Source: Ignavibacteriales bacterium
GTDB lineage: Bacteria > Bacteroidota > Ignavibacteria > UBA10030 > UBA6906
Assembly: GCA_037441705.1 (NCBI GenBank)
Contig: JBBIRR010000001.1
Location: forward strand, 256,001 to 320,000
Length of the DNA stretch: 64,000 bases
Direction: 5' to 3'
Shown here: positions 42,541-54,446 of the stretch, one piece after another
Layout of the letters: each line of letters opens with the position of its first letter
Numbering within the stretch: the stretch's first letter is position 1
Program-made: the position numbers and the translations under genes
The notes under the pieces: model-generated
What the model was told of the DNA's origin: nothing
Seen by the model: only the letters and a program-made list of their open reading frames with translations
Databases searched by the model: none

Positions 42541-43368
42541 CTATCGAATCGGAAAGTATCCTACTTCTTTCACAACACTCTGTCCTTCGTCGCTGAGAAT
42601 CCAGTCGATGTACTCCTTCAGCGCGCCCGTGGGTTTTGTTCGGACATACAGATACAGGAATCTACTGACGGGATACTTGCCGCTGCGAATGTTGTCCATT
42701 GTCGGCGCGTAGGCAGGAGACTTGTCATCGGCTTTGATCGGCAGCTCGCGGATGCCTTTGCCGTACGCGGAGCCGCCATAGCCGATGCCGGCTTTGTCCT
42801 TCGCAACCGCATTGACGACCGCTGCCGTTCCGGGCATGTTCTGCGCGGTAGGAGCAAAGTCTTCACCGTTCAGCACGTTATCTTTGAAGTACACGTACGT
42901 GCCGGAGTTGTTTTCGCGACTGTAGAGGATGATCTTCTGATCCTTTCCGCCCACCTGTTTCCAGTTGGTAATCTTTCCCTGATAGATATCCTTCAACTGC
43001 TGCAGGGTGAGCGCCTTAACCGGGTTTGCCTCGTTCACGTACACGGCAAGTCCGTCGAGCGCGCATTTGATCTCGACGCCGCGCGTTCCCCACTTCTGTT
43101 GCAACAGGTTGCGTTCTGCGGGTTTGATCGGACGCGAGGAGTTGCAGATGTCGGTCGTTCCGTTAATCAACGCCGAGATGCCGGTGCCGGAACCTCCGCC
43201 CGTGACCTGGATCGTCACGTTCTTGTGCTTCGCCATGTACCGCTCGGCCCACCGCTGGGCGAGGATGACCATCGTGTCCGAGCCTTTGACCGTGATTTTG
43301 TCTTCGCCATAGAGGCTCACACTCACAGCAAGAACCATCGCGAGTGTACCGAGGATAATCTTCTTCAT
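42541..43368 (-). CDS. pstS: Phosphate ABC substrate-binding protein
   Basis: GSDT, GGGSGTG and SRENNSGT motifs. Confidence 0.95.
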   Translation of the reverse strand: MKKIILGTLAMVLAVSVSLYGEDKITVKGSDTMVILAQRWAERYMAKHKNVTIQVTGGGSGTGISALINGTTDICNSSRPIKPAERNLLQQKWGTRGVEIKCALDGLAVYVNEANPVKALTLQQLKDIYQGKITNWKQVGGKDQKIILYSRENNSGTYVYFKDNVLNGEDFAPTAQNMPGTAAVVNAVAKDKAGIGYGGSAYGKGIRELPIKADDKSPAYAPTMDNIRSGKYPVSRFLYLYVRTKPTGALKEYIDWILSDEGQSVVKEVGYFPIR

Positions 43369-43520
43369 GTTGATGCTCCTGAAAAGAATTGTGTTTGTAG
43401 TGGATTAACATTCATGACGCGAGGAGGAAATCCTCCGCGACGAAGGTGACCTTGAGGTGAAAGCGGCATTCCTGACCCTGGAGTAGTTGAAGCCGATGCG
43501 AGGCGTTTTCAATCGGCTCC

Positions 43521-43574
43521 AATCTACACATCTGCCATAAACCCCATGTTGCGATTGTGTTAAGAAATTGTAAA
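43521..43574 (-). promoter_or_regulatory. Putative Pho box and -10 of the pst operon
   Basis: TTTACA-N5-TTAACA-N5-GCAACA (11-bp period), then TGTG-TAGATT. Confidence 0.65.
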
Positions 43575-43752
43575 GACATGGTCCGTTTTCTCCAAATATT
43601 GCCCATCTGAATCGTCGAGGCTCCACGCAGCGGGGTCAGGGTCGCCACGGGAGCCTCTGGTCCATCCCATCAAGGAATGGATGAACATGAGGAAGTTGCA
43701 TCTACAGAAAGGAAGGGCTTCCTCAGTGAGCGACGCGACGAGATCTCGTCGG

Positions 43753-45399
43753 TCACTTCACAAGCATCATCCTGCGCGTCTGCGTGCCGGCAGAAGTTGC
43801 CAGACGGTAGATGTAGGAACCCGACGCAAGCAGCGAAGCATCGAAGGTTGTTTCGTAACTGCCCGCGGGCAATTCGGCGTTCACGAGAATTGCAACTTCC
43901 CGCCCCAACATATCATAGACTTTCAAACTCACCAGCTCTGCCTTTCCGGAGAGGCGGGAACCCGATATCGAGAAGGCAATGCGCGTCGATGGGTTGAAGG
44001 GGTTGGGGTAGTTCTGCTCGAGCCTGAAGCCCTCAACACGCTCACCGGTTTCGCGCACAGAAACGACGCCACCGGTGTAATCACGATTCTGCGGATCGTA
44101 TTCCGCCCACGGAAGATCCCAGCGTGTCGAACCGAACGCTCCGCGATAGGGTACGATCTGAAAGAACGAATCGCCTGCCAGTCTCCCACCAAACGATGCA
44201 CCGCTGAGTGCAGGAGAGCCGCTCGCGGGCAGAGGATTCAACGCGTTCCCCGATGCGTACGGTGCAACAAGCTGTACGTTCGCCGGAAGAGGATACGTCG
44301 TGTTTCCCCATCCCGAAGTGTTGAACCACGACACAATGTTGAAGCCCGACGCGTTGGTCGTCAGCAATTGGGATTGCTGACCTGCGAGGATGGTGTTGCG
44401 GATCTGGAGCGAATCATTTTGCGCTCCAGTTGCCGTTCCTGCCCCGTCAACGAACACACCGATCGGCCAGCCCATCATCACGGAGTTGAAAATACCATAG
44501 TAGGTATTGCGCCGTAGATGCGCGGCCCGGCGGTACAACGAATTGACCACGGCGTTGGAATCTTGCGCCGGACCGATGGAGGTAAGATTGCTCATGGTCG
44601 GGTTCGAACGTGGTGTTGCCGCGCTTCCCGTCGCATCATTGTCGGCTTCCAGCCCATTGCTCTGACTTACATCGGCGATGTTGGGATCGCGAACAGCAAG
44701 CAAGAATTGTAACTTGCCCCGATAGCCGTTGTCCGTATCGAAGTCGTCATCCAACCCTTTGTAGGCAATTAGGTTTTTACCGTTGACCGTTCCGCCGAAC
44801 CACTCGAAGGAATCGTCGTTGGCAAAGCTCACCTGCACATATTCGATCACCGTTTTCCTGCCGACGGCGCCCAGTGTCAGGCCGTTGATTTCGTTGTTGG
44901 GAGAGAAGGCAATACCGGCAAACTCGATACGCACATACCGCATCACGCCGCTGCTGTCGTCATCATTGCGCGTGAACGACGAGCCGGGACCGAAAATGTT
45001 GCCTGCCCCTTCAATCGCGGCGGAATCGCCGGGAAGATTCGTGCCGGCAATGCCGCACAGGATCACGCCGCCCCAGTCGCCTGCCTTGCGTTGACCGCGC
45101 GGCTTCTTGCTGGTGAACACAATCGGTAGATCGGGCTGGCCATTCGCCCAAATCTTTGCGCCACGATTGATGATCAGCGAACCGCGCGACGCACTATCGC
45201 CGTAGATGAGCGTACCGGCAGGAATGCGGATGATGCCGCCTGCGCGAACATTCACAAATCCTTGGAGCACATATGCTGTGTCCCGCGAGAGTGTGCGCGT
45301 ACCCGTAATATCGCCGGAGAGAACTCGTTCCGGCAGTTGGCCATGAGCAAGTGTTACGGCAAACACCGTCACGAGCCAGGGGAGAAATCGTGCGATCAT
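43753..45399 (-). CDS. T9SS-secreted beta-helix-like protein of unknown function
   Basis: Signal peptide; PIVFTS, GDWGG, D-SG---YVRIEFAG and DDSFEWFGG motifs; QNYPNPFNP CTD. Confidence 0.85.
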   Translation of the reverse strand: MIARFLPWLVTVFAVTLAHGQLPERVLSGDITGTRTLSRDTAYVLQGFVNVRAGGIIRIPAGTLIYGDSASRGSLIINRGAKIWANGQPDLPIVFTSKKPRGQRKAGDWGGVILCGIAGTNLPGDSAAIEGAGNIFGPGSSFTRNDDDSSGVMRYVRIEFAGIAFSPNNEINGLTLGAVGRKTVIEYVQVSFANDDSFEWFGGTVNGKNLIAYKGLDDDFDTDNGYRGKLQFLLAVRDPNIADVSQSNGLEADNDATGSAATPRSNPTMSNLTSIGPAQDSNAVVNSLYRRAAHLRRNTYYGIFNSVMMGWPIGVFVDGAGTATGAQNDSLQIRNTILAGQQSQLLTTNASGFNIVSWFNTSGWGNTTYPLPANVQLVAPYASGNALNPLPASGSPALSGASFGGRLAGDSFFQIVPYRGAFGSTRWDLPWAEYDPQNRDYTGGVVSVRETGERVEGFRLEQNYPNPFNPSTRIAFSISGSRLSGKAELVSLKVYDMLGREVAILVNAELPAGSYETTFDASLLASGSYIYRLATSAGTQTRRMMLVK

Positions 45400-45451
45400 T
45401 AATGAAGCCTCCTTTTAAGGTTGAATGAGTGGATAAGGGATGCAAATACTA

Positions 45452-48196
45452 TCACAGCTTCACCGAGATGCCGAGCGCATACGAAGCTCCGCGTTTGTTC
45501 ATGCGAACAAGCTCATCGCCCTGCGTGAATCGTTGCTCTTGCTCGAGAATGTCTCGGCCGGTGAACTTTAGCTCGAAGGTCTCGAAGATGTTTTGTGTAA
45601 TTGATACGTCAACCACGTCACGCGGCTGTTCTTTCACATCTTGCGTGAACACGGTTGCGACTTCCGAAATCCGCTCGCCGAATCTGTTGTACATGAAATT
45701 GATTGATGTTCCGGTGCCGGGCAGGTTCAGAAACAGCCCGGCGTTGATCACGTACGGAGATTGCCCCTGGAGCGTGCGCGTCCGGTCGATCAGGCGCACG
45801 CTGGAAAAGATGCGTGAGTAGTTTAGCAGCACCGATACATCCTCAAACACGCCGCCGATAAACCCCAACGACTTACGCATCTCTAACTCGATGCCGTAGT
45901 TGGTCGCCGACGGTACGTTGGCGTACGTTCGCTCGCCTGCAAGCGCCACCGTTGCAACGACGATCTGCTCGATGGCGTCGGTGATCTCCTTGCGGAAGTA
46001 GCTGACGGAGAGAAGTTCACCCGGATTGGGAAACCACTCCCACCGGACGTCGTAGTTGCGAACCAGGGCCCGCTTGAGATTCGGATTGCCATACACCGTT
46101 AGCTGTGTGCTGAAATCGTAGAAGGCAAACGGAGCAAATTCGCGGAACTCCGGGCGATTGACCGTTCGACTCAGCGCGAAACGAAGATTCATCGTCTCCG
46201 TCGCCAGCCAGGTGAGATTGAGCGAGGGCAGCACGTCCACCTCTTTGTAGGCAACGCGCACATCCTCGTTTTGCAGATTGCCGGAGTTCAGGCGCTGCTC
46301 GGAATGTTCCAATCTGGCGCCTCCCACCACGCGCCAGTTCGTCCCGGCAAGCTCGAACGGCAGGTCGAGCATGGCGTACGTTGCATACAATGTCTGCCCC
46401 GCATCATACCGATTGCGCCGGTCGCCGTACTCGGCAAACTGCAACCCGTTTGGTCCTCCGATGTGCGAAGGAATGAACAACGTATCGAGAGCCGAGCGCG
46501 TCAGTTGAGGATTGTACACCGGCAGCGTGTACACAAACTGCCGTGCTGCAAAATCCCGCCGGATGTTCACCGCTTCAGCACCGGATTTTACTTTCGCCCC
46601 CCGGACGGGCAGGGTAAGGTTCAGCGCAAGAGAACGGTTATAGTCCTTCAATTCGCTATAGAACCTGCTGGCACTTTCAGGAGAACTATCGTTGAAGGGA
46701 ATCTGCGCCTCGAGGTGTGCGCCGGCAAGCTCGCGTGAACGTGAATAGATCATCCGGCGCAGATCAGGCTCCGAACGCGTAGCGCGCCCATACGAGGCAA
46801 CCCAATCTACCGAGAGAGAGCCAAGATCGGGCAGCACATGTTCGCCCGACAGCAGCGCCGAAAACGTATTTCGTGCAACATATCTGAAGCCGGTCAGCAC
46901 ATCATCGTTTTGGGTGAGATTGTTGAAGCCCGAAAGTGACACCACCTCATCTTCACTCGCCTGGTTGAACAAACTCTTCACGCTCACCTTATGATTGGTG
47001 CCGAGCTTATAACTCAAATTCAGCACACCACCCCAGAGAACATTGACGGTGCTGGTCTGACCAGTGTAGTCGTAGCGCAGCCCTGCCTCGTCGTAGTCGG
47101 CACGCCGTACCTGCGCTCGGCTATATCCGTTGCGATAGCTGAACGCGGCCACATAGCCGAACTCACGATCGAAAAGATCCACCGAACCTCCGTAAGAAAT
47201 ATGCAGGTTCGGATTGAGGGGCGCAGAGCGCGTTTTCTTAACCCACAGGTTGGGTAGAGAGCGCGCAAGATTGTTCTTTTCTTCCTGACCGAGATTGTAA
47301 AGCTCGGCCGGAAAATTCTGCGGTAACACACGATGGCGTGTGTCGTAGCCGAGCCAATCGGTGGGTCCACCGTCATACGTTTCGATGCCGCGTCCCGTGG
47401 TGAACGTGTTGTAGGCAGAGCCGAATGAAGCCGTGAAGGTAGTGTTTACCGGAAAATCCATCGTGTTCAGTTGCACCAATCCGCCTGCAAAATCGCCGGG
47501 CAGATCGGGAGTGAAGGTCTTTGTCACGATGGTTTGTTCGAGAAGGTTGGCCGGCAGCAGATCGAATGCAAACGCCTTCTTATCAGGTTCGGTACTGGCA
47601 GCCCGAACACCGTTGAGCTGCGTGGCGTTGTATCGCTCACTCGTTCCCCGCACATACACGAACTTGTTATCGACAACCGAAATGCCGACGACGCGCTTCA
47701 GTGCATCGCCGGAGGTTGCATCGGGCGATCGCTTGATCTGTTCCGCGCTGATCCCATCGCCTATCGTTGCCGCCTTCTTGCGCTCCGCAAGCAAAGCACT
47801 CTCCGTCGCGCGCACGCGTTCGGCGGTGATAACCACTTCGTCTGCTTCGACTGCAGTTGGCGTGAGACTGACGTTCAGCTCAGCCGTTCGGCCTTCCTCG
47901 ATCTCTACCCCGGTCACAATCCGGGCCGTGTATCCCACAAAGGAAATCCGAACGCTCTGCGCACCCTTCGGGATATTCCGCACGACATACCTCCCATCAA
48001 CATCGGTTCTTGCCCCGAGCGTCGTCCCGAGAATCAACACGTTTGCGCCTACCAACTCCTCACCGGTTTGTTCATCGAAGACTTTACCTGTGAGCGATCC
48101 CGACTGGGCACTCGCGCTGTCCGTCATGAGACCGAAAGCCCCAAGAAACACCATCCCTTTTAGAAAATTCATAATACGCATTTGTACCATAGGCAT
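45452..48196 (-). CDS. TonB-dependent receptor
   Basis: N-terminal CarboxypepD_reg-like domain, plug (YVRG-ERY), GNPNL motif, C-terminal beta strand; start uncertain (48238, 48196 or 48190). Confidence 0.92.
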   Translation of the reverse strand: MPMVQMRIMNFLKGMVFLGAFGLMTDSASAQSGSLTGKVFDEQTGEELVGANVLILGTTLGARTDVDGRYVVRNIPKGAQSVRISFVGYTARIVTGVEIEEGRTAELNVSLTPTAVEADEVVITAERVRATESALLAERKKAATIGDGISAEQIKRSPDATSGDALKRVVGISVVDNKFVYVRGTSERYNATQLNGVRAASTEPDKKAFAFDLLPANLLEQTIVTKTFTPDLPGDFAGGLVQLNTMDFPVNTTFTASFGSAYNTFTTGRGIETYDGGPTDWLGYDTRHRVLPQNFPAELYNLGQEEKNNLARSLPNLWVKKTRSAPLNPNLHISYGGSVDLFDREFGYVAAFSYRNGYSRAQVRRADYDEAGLRYDYTGQTSTVNVLWGGVLNLSYKLGTNHKVSVKSLFNQASEDEVVSLSGFNNLTQNDDVLTGFRYVARNTFSALLSGEHVLPDLGSLSVDWVASYGRATRSEPDLRRMIYSRSRELAGAHLEAQIPFNDSSPESASRFYSELKDYNRSLALNLTLPVRGAKVKSGAEAVNIRRDFAARQFVYTLPVYNPQLTRSALDTLFIPSHIGGPNGLQFAEYGDRRNRYDAGQTLYATYAMLDLPFELAGTNWRVVGGARLEHSEQRLNSGNLQNEDVRVAYKEVDVLPSLNLTWLATETMNLRFALSRTVNRPEFREFAPFAFYDFSTQLTVYGNPNLKRALVRNYDVRWEWFPNPGELLSVSYFRKEITDAIEQIVVATVALAGERTYANVPSATNYGIELEMRKSLGFIGGVFEDVSVLLNYSRIFSSVRLIDRTRTLQGQSPYVINAGLFLNLPGTGTSINFMYNRFGERISEVATVFTQDVKEQPRDVVDVSITQNIFETFELKFTGRDILEQEQRFTQGDELVRMNKRGASYALGISVKL

Positions 48197-48270
48197 CCGA
48201 CCCTTTCTTTCATGTGCGTGATCGCTTGGCAGAACCATTCTGTGGGCGTTGATTGGATTTCGACGCTGGA

Positions 48271-48302
48271 AACTTACACATACACTGTTACTATGGTGTT
48301 AA
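48271..48302 (-). promoter_or_regulatory. Putative Pho box and -10 of the TonB receptor operon
   Basis: TTAACA-N5-GTAACA-N9-TAAGTT with TGTG before the -10. Confidence 0.6.
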
Positions 48303-48471
48303 GCCGACTTTACCGAACCTTCAAATTTCTCTTCGGCGCCCTTGTACACCGCAGAGGCTACGTCCATCTGCGCAACAAACACCGCCGGATTGCGAAGGTG
48401 TTGTGAATAAGGGCGTCCATCAACAGCCGACGACCTGTGCTGCACGTGTTGCAGGAAGGTGAGGTCCGATA

Positions 48472-49464
48472 TTAGAGAGATTGAAGTTGTCGGAGCCTAT
48501 ACGGAGCAGGTAGAGAACGCTCCGCCGAGTTGACGCTTATTGCAGACACACTGCGATGGCGTGGAAAGCGATGAAGCGTTGTTTCAAGATCATCCTCATG
48601 CAGGCGCACAAGCCAGAAGCTCAGTTCATCCTTCTTTCCAATTACCGAACCCCCGCCGTTGAGATAACGAACGCCGCATCGTTCGTACTCGACACTTTCG
48701 TGAACGTGCCCATGCAATACCGCGGAAACACCGGCCTCAACGAAGAGGCGAAGCAACTTTTTTTTCTTGCGCAGCTTCAGCGTCCGACGTTCGATGGTAC
48801 GCCACAGGTATTCCATAGTCCCAGCAGCCGGTGTTGGCATCCGGGAAAAGTGATGGTGGATCAACACAATTTTTTTCAGCCGTTGGAACGCGTCCGCGTG
48901 CAGGAGATTCTCCAGGAGCATCCTCTGCAGACGGCCGATTGATCCGTTTGATCCAAAGGGATTCTTCACCCGCGAGTAACGCGCAACGGAATTGATGCCG
49001 AAGAGCGCGGCGTTTCCCACAACTTTCACGAAGGGAAAGCCATGCGGACTGATTGGGGCAATGACTCCCCGAAATACTTCGGCAAACACATCGCAAAAGC
49101 GACGGAGGGCTACATCGTAGTCAACGTGCTTGCAATGCCGCGGGAATGATAATACATCTTCGGCCGTGTGCACACCGCCGAAGACATCATGGTTCCCGGG
49201 AATAACGGTGAGCCGCTCTGGATGCAACAAACGATAGCTGGCAAACAACGAGCGCGCAAGCTCCAATTCCGTGCGCGTACCGTTGGCGGTGAGATCACCG
49301 GTAACCACGAGATGATCCACGTCGTGGAGCAACGCCTGCTCGATGACCTGACGTGCATCACGGATCGTGCGGCCCTTCTGCTCGGCGCTGATGTGCAGGT
49401 CTGAAAGATGGGCAAGTGTCCAGGGGCGCATGAACTCCTTGTTCCTGTGCAGTGCTTTGATCAC
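48472..49464 (-). CDS. Calcineurin-like metallophosphoesterase
   Basis: SDLH, TGDL, PGNHD, HHH and HGHVH motifs. Confidence 0.88.
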   Translation of the reverse strand: MIKALHRNKEFMRPWTLAHLSDLHISAEQKGRTIRDARQVIEQALLHDVDHLVVTGDLTANGTRTELELARSLFASYRLLHPERLTVIPGNHDVFGGVHTAEDVLSFPRHCKHVDYDVALRRFCDVFAEVFRGVIAPISPHGFPFVKVVGNAALFGINSVARYSRVKNPFGSNGSIGRLQRMLLENLLHADAFQRLKKIVLIHHHFSRMPTPAAGTMEYLWRTIERRTLKLRKKKKLLRLFVEAGVSAVLHGHVHESVEYERCGVRYLNGGGSVIGKKDELSFWLVRLHEDDLETTLHRFPRHRSVSAISVNSAERSLPAPYRLRQLQSL

Positions 49465-49660
49465 AGGAACAAGGTATCACTCGAACGTCAAGAGAAGATG
49501 ATGCAAAGGTGAAATGGATGTAAATGGACGTGACGAGAGAATCAGCAGAGCCTCCCCGTGACAATGTCGTCTTTGCATGAGCGATCCTCGGCGAAAGCCC
49601 TGGCGCATCGCATTCTGGAACTTACCTCTTACGTTAAAAACTTCTTAATCTTCTTCCCTC

Positions 49661-49716
49661 TTGACAGAAAGATATTTTTCCCTATATTATTAGCACTCTA
49701 ATGCCCAGAGTGCTAA
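49661..49716 (+). promoter_or_regulatory. groESL promoter with CIRCE element (HrcA site)
   Basis: TTGACA at 49661, TATATT/TATTAT at about 49683-49690; perfect TTAGCACTC-N9-GAGTGCTAA at 49690-49716. Confidence 0.95.
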
Positions 49717-49791
49717 ATCCCCTAACCTATTCAATTTTAACGGCTTTCAAAGTCTCAACGTGTGTTCAAAAACTCAACAAAGGAGGTTTCC

Positions 49792-50076
49792 ATGAAGGTA
49801 AAACCGTTGGCTGATCGAGTAGTCGTGAAGCCTGCGCCGGCCGAGGAAAAGACGAAGGGCGGAATCATCCTGCCCGATACCGCCAAGGAGAAGCCGGTCA
49901 TTGGCGAAGTGGTTGCGGTGGGTCCCGGCAAAGTGACCGATGATGGGAAGAAGATAGCGCTTGAAGTGAAGGTGGGTGATAAGGTGCTGTACGGCAAGTA
50001 CTCAGGCACGGAAGTGACGATTGACGGCGAAGAGTACTTGATCATGCGCGAAGCAGACATCTTCGCAATTGTGTAA
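49792..50076 (+). CDS. groES: Co-chaperonin GroES
   Basis: [21 protein letters not shown] and KYSGTE motifs; AAGGAGG SD. Confidence 0.98.
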   Translation: MKVKPLADRVVVKPAPAEEKTKGGIILPDTAKEKPVIGEVVAVGPGKVTDDGKKIALEVKVGDKVLYGKYSGTEVTIDGEEYLIMREADIFAIV

Positions 50077-50106
50077 GGCAAACGACGAACGAAACATAAC
50101 CAGTGA

Positions 50107-51753
<1,647 letters not shown>

Positions 51754-51776
51754 TCGCCTCCTCTGAAACAATCAAC

Positions 51777-51810
51777 AACCCCCGTCCTGACCAGGGCGGG
51801 GGTTTTTTCT
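51777..51810 (+). terminator. Rho-independent terminator of groESL
   Basis: AACCCCCGTCCT-GACC-AGGGCGGGGGTT followed by a T run. Confidence 0.9.
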
Positions 51811-51831
51811 TTGGTCAAACAAAGCGCGGCC

Positions 51832-51888
51832 TTGACTTTTGCGTTGAGGTTGGGTAGATTGGAAACCGAAAAAACCATTTCAGTTTCC
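51832..51888 (+). promoter_or_regulatory. Promoter and probable TetR operator
   Basis: TTGACT-N17-TAGATT followed by IR GGAAACCGAAA-N6-TTTCAGTTTCC. Confidence 0.7.
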
Positions 51889-51907
51889 TTCGGCCCCAGG
51901 GAGTTTC

Positions 51908-52540
51908 ATGCCAGAAGAAGAGCCGCTCAGGGAGCGCATCATCGCCGCAGCGTTCGACAGATTTCGCAGCGAAGGGTTTGCGCGCGTCCCGGTGGATGAC
52001 CTTGCTGCTCATCTCAGCATCAGCAAGAAGACGTTTTACAAGGTCTTTACGAGCAAAGATGCGCTGATCGAAAACATGGTCGACACGCTCCTCCGGGACG
52101 TGAGAAACAATACGGAGCGCATTATCTCGAGCGACGAGGAATTCATCGCCAAGCTCAGCGCGCTGATGGCCTACATGGGCGGTCTCCTCACGCGTGTGGG
52201 TTTGCCCATGATGCAGGATCTTTCCCGTCATCGCCCCGATCAGTGGAAACGCATCGAGGATTTCCGTGCACGACGCCTCCCCGATGTCTTTCTTCGGCTT
52301 CTCCAACAGGGAATACGAGAAGGACATGTGCGTCCCGACTTGCAGAAGCGCATCTTCCTTCTTGCGTACATGGCCGCCGTCCAACACATCATGCAACCAT
52401 CAGTGCTGGCGAACGAATCGTTCTCGGCACGGGAAGCAATCACCGGCATCGTCGAACTGTTCTTTCAGGGTGTCCTGACCGACCGCGGAAGAAAAGAACT
52501 TGCGCGGACGGAACTGCATCTCTCAACTCTTGCCCCATGA
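51908..52540 (+). CDS. TetR/AcrR family regulator
   Basis: RERII-AA...DDLA--LSISKKTFY--F-SK HTH. Confidence 0.93.
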   Translation: MPEEEPLRERIIAAAFDRFRSEGFARVPVDDLAAHLSISKKTFYKVFTSKDALIENMVDTLLRDVRNNTERIISSDEEFIAKLSALMAYMGGLLTRVGLPMMQDLSRHRPDQWKRIEDFRARRLPDVFLRLLQQGIREGHVRPDLQKRIFLLAYMAAVQHIMQPSVLANESFSAREAITGIVELFFQGVLTDRGRKELARTELHLSTLAP

Positions 52541-52547
52541 GGAAACC

Positions 52548-53480
52548 ATGCCCATAAAACTCTTGTGTATGCTCAGCTGGATCGTGTTGTTGTGGGGATG
52601 TTCCAACAACGACCGGAATGTGATCGAAGCATCGGGAACGATTGAAGGAACGGACATCACGGTTGCGTCCGAAGTGGTCGGGAAGGTACGCGAGGTGCGC
52701 GTGCAAGAAGGAGCGCGCGTTGAGGCCGGCGACACTCTCGTCATCATTGATGATACGGACTACCGGCTCCAGCTGCGTCAGGCCGAAGCCGGTGCTGCGG
52801 CCAGCGACGCGCAGTACCGCCTGGCGCTCGAGGGATCGCGCAAAGAGGATATCGCACAAGCGGAGGCCCTTTACAAGACTGCCGAGGCCGACTACAAACG
52901 TATGAAGGAACTCCTCGCCGCGCAGACCGTCACTCAGAAGCAATACGACGAGGCGTATGCGCGATACGTCGCCGCCGAGCAAACGTACCGGAAGCTTGTG
53001 CGCGGATTGCGTCAGGCGGAGATTGATGCCGCGCGCGCCCGCATGGAACAGGCCGCAGCACAAGTCGACCTGCTCAGAAAGCGCGTGCGCGATTGTATCA
53101 TCCTTGCACCGACCGCGGCGACCGTTACCCATCGCGTCGTCGAGCCGGGTGAGTTCGTCACCGTCGGCACCCCGCTGCTGAAGCTCACCAACCTCGATCG
53201 TGTTACGCTCACCATCTACATCAACGAGCAGCAGCTCGCCCTGGTGAAACTTGGACAGCATGCCGCGGTACGCACGGACGGTCTACCGGATCGCGCGCTC
53301 GACGGCATCGTCACCTACATTTCTCCGACTGCGGAGTTCACGCCCAAAAATGTGCAGACAAAAGAGGAACGCACAAAGCTCGTCTTTGCCGTGAAGATCG
53401 AAGTGACGAATACCGAGGGGATCTTGAAGCCGGGCCTGCCGGCCGATGCAAGGCTGACGGGTAGTGTGCAGCACGAGTGA
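52548..53480 (+). CDS. HlyD family membrane fusion lipoprotein (YbhG-like)
   Basis: LWGC lipobox; EFTPKNVQT and LKPGLP motifs. Confidence 0.92.
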   Translation: MPIKLLCMLSWIVLLWGCSNNDRNVIEASGTIEGTDITVASEVVGKVREVRVQEGARVEAGDTLVIIDDTDYRLQLRQAEAGAAASDAQYRLALEGSRKEDIAQAEALYKTAEADYKRMKELLAAQTVTQKQYDEAYARYVAAEQTYRKLVRGLRQAEIDAARARMEQAAAQVDLLRKRVRDCIILAPTAATVTHRVVEPGEFVTVGTPLLKLTNLDRVTLTIYINEQQLALVKLGQHAAVRTDGLPDRALDGIVTYISPTAEFTPKNVQTKEERTKLVFAVKIEVTNTEGILKPGLPADARLTGSVQHE

Positions 53481-53507
53481 TGCCGCGACGATGGACGGAA
53501 CCAGGAC

Positions 53508-54446
53508 ATGAGTGCGTACGCAATTCACGTCGACAACCTCTCGAAGACGTTCGGCGCGATCCCGGCGGTTGATGCCGTGAGCTTCACCGTCGAACAGGGC
53601 GAAATGTTCGGCATCGTCGGTCCGGATGGCGCGGGCAAGACGACGACGATTCGCATGCTCTGCGGCATTCTCACACCCACGTCGGGAACGGCACAGGTTC
53701 TCGGGTACGATCTGCTGAGGGAGCCGGACGCGATCAAGAAGCACATCGGATACCTCTCCCAGCGCTTCTCGCTGTACGGCGACCTGAGCGTCGACGAGAA
53801 CATCGAGTTCTTCGCGGAAATCAACGGCGTCTATGACTACAAAACCCGCCGGGAAGAGCTGCTGGAGTTCACGCGCCTTACGCCGTTCCGAGAGAGGCTG
53901 GCGGAACGACTTTCCGGCGGCATGAAGCAAAAACTCGCGCTGGCCTGCACGCTCATTCACACGCCCCGCCTTCTTCTTCTTGACGAGCCGACAACGGGCG
54001 TCGACCCGGTTTCGCGCCGCGATTTCTGGAAGATTCTCCAACGCCTGTTGAAGGACGGCATCACCATTGTCATGAGCACGCCGTACCTCGACGAAGCCGA
54101 ACGGTGCACGCGCGTCGCCCTGATGAACAAGGGCAAAATCATGCGCGTGAATGCACCGGACCGGCTCAAACGCCTCATGACGGGTGACGTGGTAGAAATT
54201 GTGTGCGGCAGCGTTCGTGAAGCCTCGCGGCTCATCCAGCGCGACACACGGGTTCGAGAGGTGCAAACCTTTGGCGATCGCCTGCACATTGTGGTGGACG
54301 ATGCTGCGCGTGACGTGCAGACCGTCGCGGCGTTGTTGCGTCAGCAGGGCATCCCGATCACCAGCACACGAAAGGTTTCCCCTTCGCTCGAGAACGTTTT
54401 TATTTCTCTCCTTACTCACGAAGCTCTACCGGAGGAAGAACCATGA
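53508..54446 (+). CDS. ABC-2 type ATPase
   Basis: GPDGAGKT, LSGGMKQK and LDEPTTGVDP motifs. Confidence 0.93.
   Translation: MSAYAIHVDNLSKTFGAIPAVDAVSFTVEQGEMFGIVGPDGAGKTTTIRMLCGILTPTSGTAQVLGYDLLREPDAIKKHIGYLSQRFSLYGDLSVDENIEFFAEINGVYDYKTRREELLEFTRLTPFRERLAERLSGGMKQKLALACTLIHTPRLLLLDEPTTGVDPVSRRDFWKILQRLLKDGITIVMSTPYLDEAERCTRVALMNKGKIMRVNAPDRLKRLMTGDVVEIVCGSVREASRLIQRDTRVREVQTFGDRLHIVVDDAARDVQTVAALLRQQGIPITSTRKVSPSLENVFISLLTHEALPEEEP

Noticed and set aside
49508-49534. Third Pho box upstream of the metallophosphoesterase (GTCACG/TTTACA/TTCACC)
   Set aside because: Degenerate, with mixed 10/11-bp spacing; not called.
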